From an uncultured Lachnospiraceae bacterium (lineage in GTDB: Bacteria > Bacillota > Clostridia > Lachnospirales > Lachnospiraceae): a stretch of 64,000 nt of DNA. Below are positions 63,186 to 64,000 of this stretch, one piece after another (positions within the stretch are counted from its first letter, which is position 1; every line of letters begins with the position of its first letter). Under the pieces are notes generated by a model. That model saw nothing but the letters and a program-made list of their open reading frames with translations. It was not told the origin of the DNA and did not search any database. A program made the position numbers and the translations under genes. Location of the stretch: the NCBI GenBank assembly GCA_910579465.1, contig CAJTUB010000007.1, positions 15,714 through 79,713 of the forward strand, written 5' to 3'.

Positions 63186-63938
63186 CTATTGGTACCGTTC
63201 CAACGCAACCTGGATGCGTCCCTTTTTTGTCAGTCCGCCGATTTCCTTCAACCGTGCCTTGCCAAGTCCGCGGAATGAAATCACATCGCCCTCTTTTACT
63301 GCTGTGGAAGGCGACGTTGTCTCACGTCCGTTAATGAACACCCTGCCACTGGAAACGGCTGAGGCACTGCTGCTTCTTGAGATGCCGAACGCTGCTGCTG
63401 CAACCGCATCAATCCGGTTTGCCGCAACTGTTTTTGTCACAAGCCGGAAATCATGCCCGAACTCCTCTGCCTCTGCTGTGGAAATCCGGCAGATAACACC
63501 GGTATGACGGATCTGCACCAGATGTTCGGACAAAAAGGGGGCAATCCGTTCTGCACAGAGCAGATATGCTTCCTTCTCCTTCAGATAGATGTCCCCGATG
63601 ACGGAGCGCTCCAGACCGAGCCCGAGTACACTCCCCAGCACATCACGATGAGTCAGCTCCTCGGCAAACCGGATACTTTTGGGCGTAATCCGCATCCCGC
63701 AGACCGGAAACAGCTCCGGCGTAATTTCCATGGTGTCCGGCGCAATGCACAGCATCTGACGTTCTGCACCGGCAAAACCGCCATAAAACAGGTGGTTTGT
63801 ACCGCTTAATACGGACTTTGCAGTCTCTGCCTCACTCAGCGTCAGAAAATCCGTAAACTCGGCAGTATACGTAAATTCAGCCCGCTTTTTCAGCTCGGCA
63901 ATTCTCTTTTTTAACAGAAGCTCATCCATGCCTGCCAC
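63186..63938 (-). CDS. ylmH: YlmH-like S4-domain RNA-binding protein
   Basis: A C-terminal S4 motif (RIDAVAAAAFGISRSSSASAVSSGRVFINGRE). It lies upstream of divIVA, as in Bacillus. Confidence 0.85.
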   Translation of the reverse strand: MAGMDELLLKKRIAELKKRAEFTYTAEFTDFLTLSEAETAKSVLSGTNHLFYGGFAGAERQMLCIAPDTMEITPELFPVCGMRITPKSIRFAEELTHRDVLGSVLGLGLERSVIGDIYLKEKEAYLLCAERIAPFLSEHLVQIRHTGVICRISTAEAEEFGHDFRLVTKTVAANRIDAVAAAAFGISRSSSASAVSSGRVFINGRETTSPSTAVKEGDVISFRGLGKARLKEIGGLTKKGRIQVALERYQ

Positions 63939-63940
63939 AC

Positions 63941-64000
63941 TTACTGGTTTAACGTAGGTACTTCAAAACCGTTCTGTTCCACATAAGAGAGATAATCTCC
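63941..64000 (-). CDS. 3' end of an unidentified gene (rest outside window)
   Basis: The minus-strand frame is open to the window edge and ends ...GDYLSYVEQNGFEVPTLNQ*. Confidence 0.4.
   Translation of the reverse strand, partial: GDYLSYVEQNGFEVPTLNQ

Overview
This is a 64-kb chromosomal window from a GC-rich Firmicute. Gene order looks Clostridia/Lachnospiraceae-like: miaB, rny, scpA-scpB, the TIGR03960-type rSAM-DUF2344-rng block, rplU-prp-rpmA-obg-yhbY-nadD/yqeK-rsfS, lexA with a divergent yneA-like gene, rluD-lspA, and aroB-divIVA-ylmH. I support about 58 CDS. I saw no rRNA, tRNA, CRISPR array or transposase.

The main finding is a visibly AT-rich island of about 9.1 kb (23516-32614), inserted at the 3' end of a serpin gene. 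It is bounded by long direct repeats that duplicate the last 24 serpin codons plus downstream DNA. The island has no recombinase. It encodes one compact co-directional cassette:
- a radical SAM/SPASM enzyme
- a 75-aa acyl-carrier-like protein (GMDSL motif)
- an untracked 37-aa Lys-rich peptide with two Cys, followed by a perfect 17-bp hairpin
- two ABC half-exporters without a C39 domain
- a signal-less S8 subtilase fused to an unknown domain of about 370 aa
- an orphan protein of about 500 aa

I read this as a candidate uncharacterised RiPP-type peptide maturation and export system.

Other notable points:
- An ECF sigma factor is translationally coupled to the membrane-anchored serpin.
- An 18-nt box (AAAATGCGGAAACTCARG) sits 9-14 nt upstream of the -35 hexamer of at least seven promoters and also forms MITE-like inverted pairs.
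- A BlaI/BlaR1-type pair has an LRR ectodomain as its sensor.
- A XerD-like protein has three of six catalytic residues substituted.
- A promoter-to-terminator small-RNA candidate of unknown class is present.
- nadD and yqeK are fused.

All calls come from reading the sequence and the ORF track. No database search or computation was run, and GC statements are by-eye estimates.
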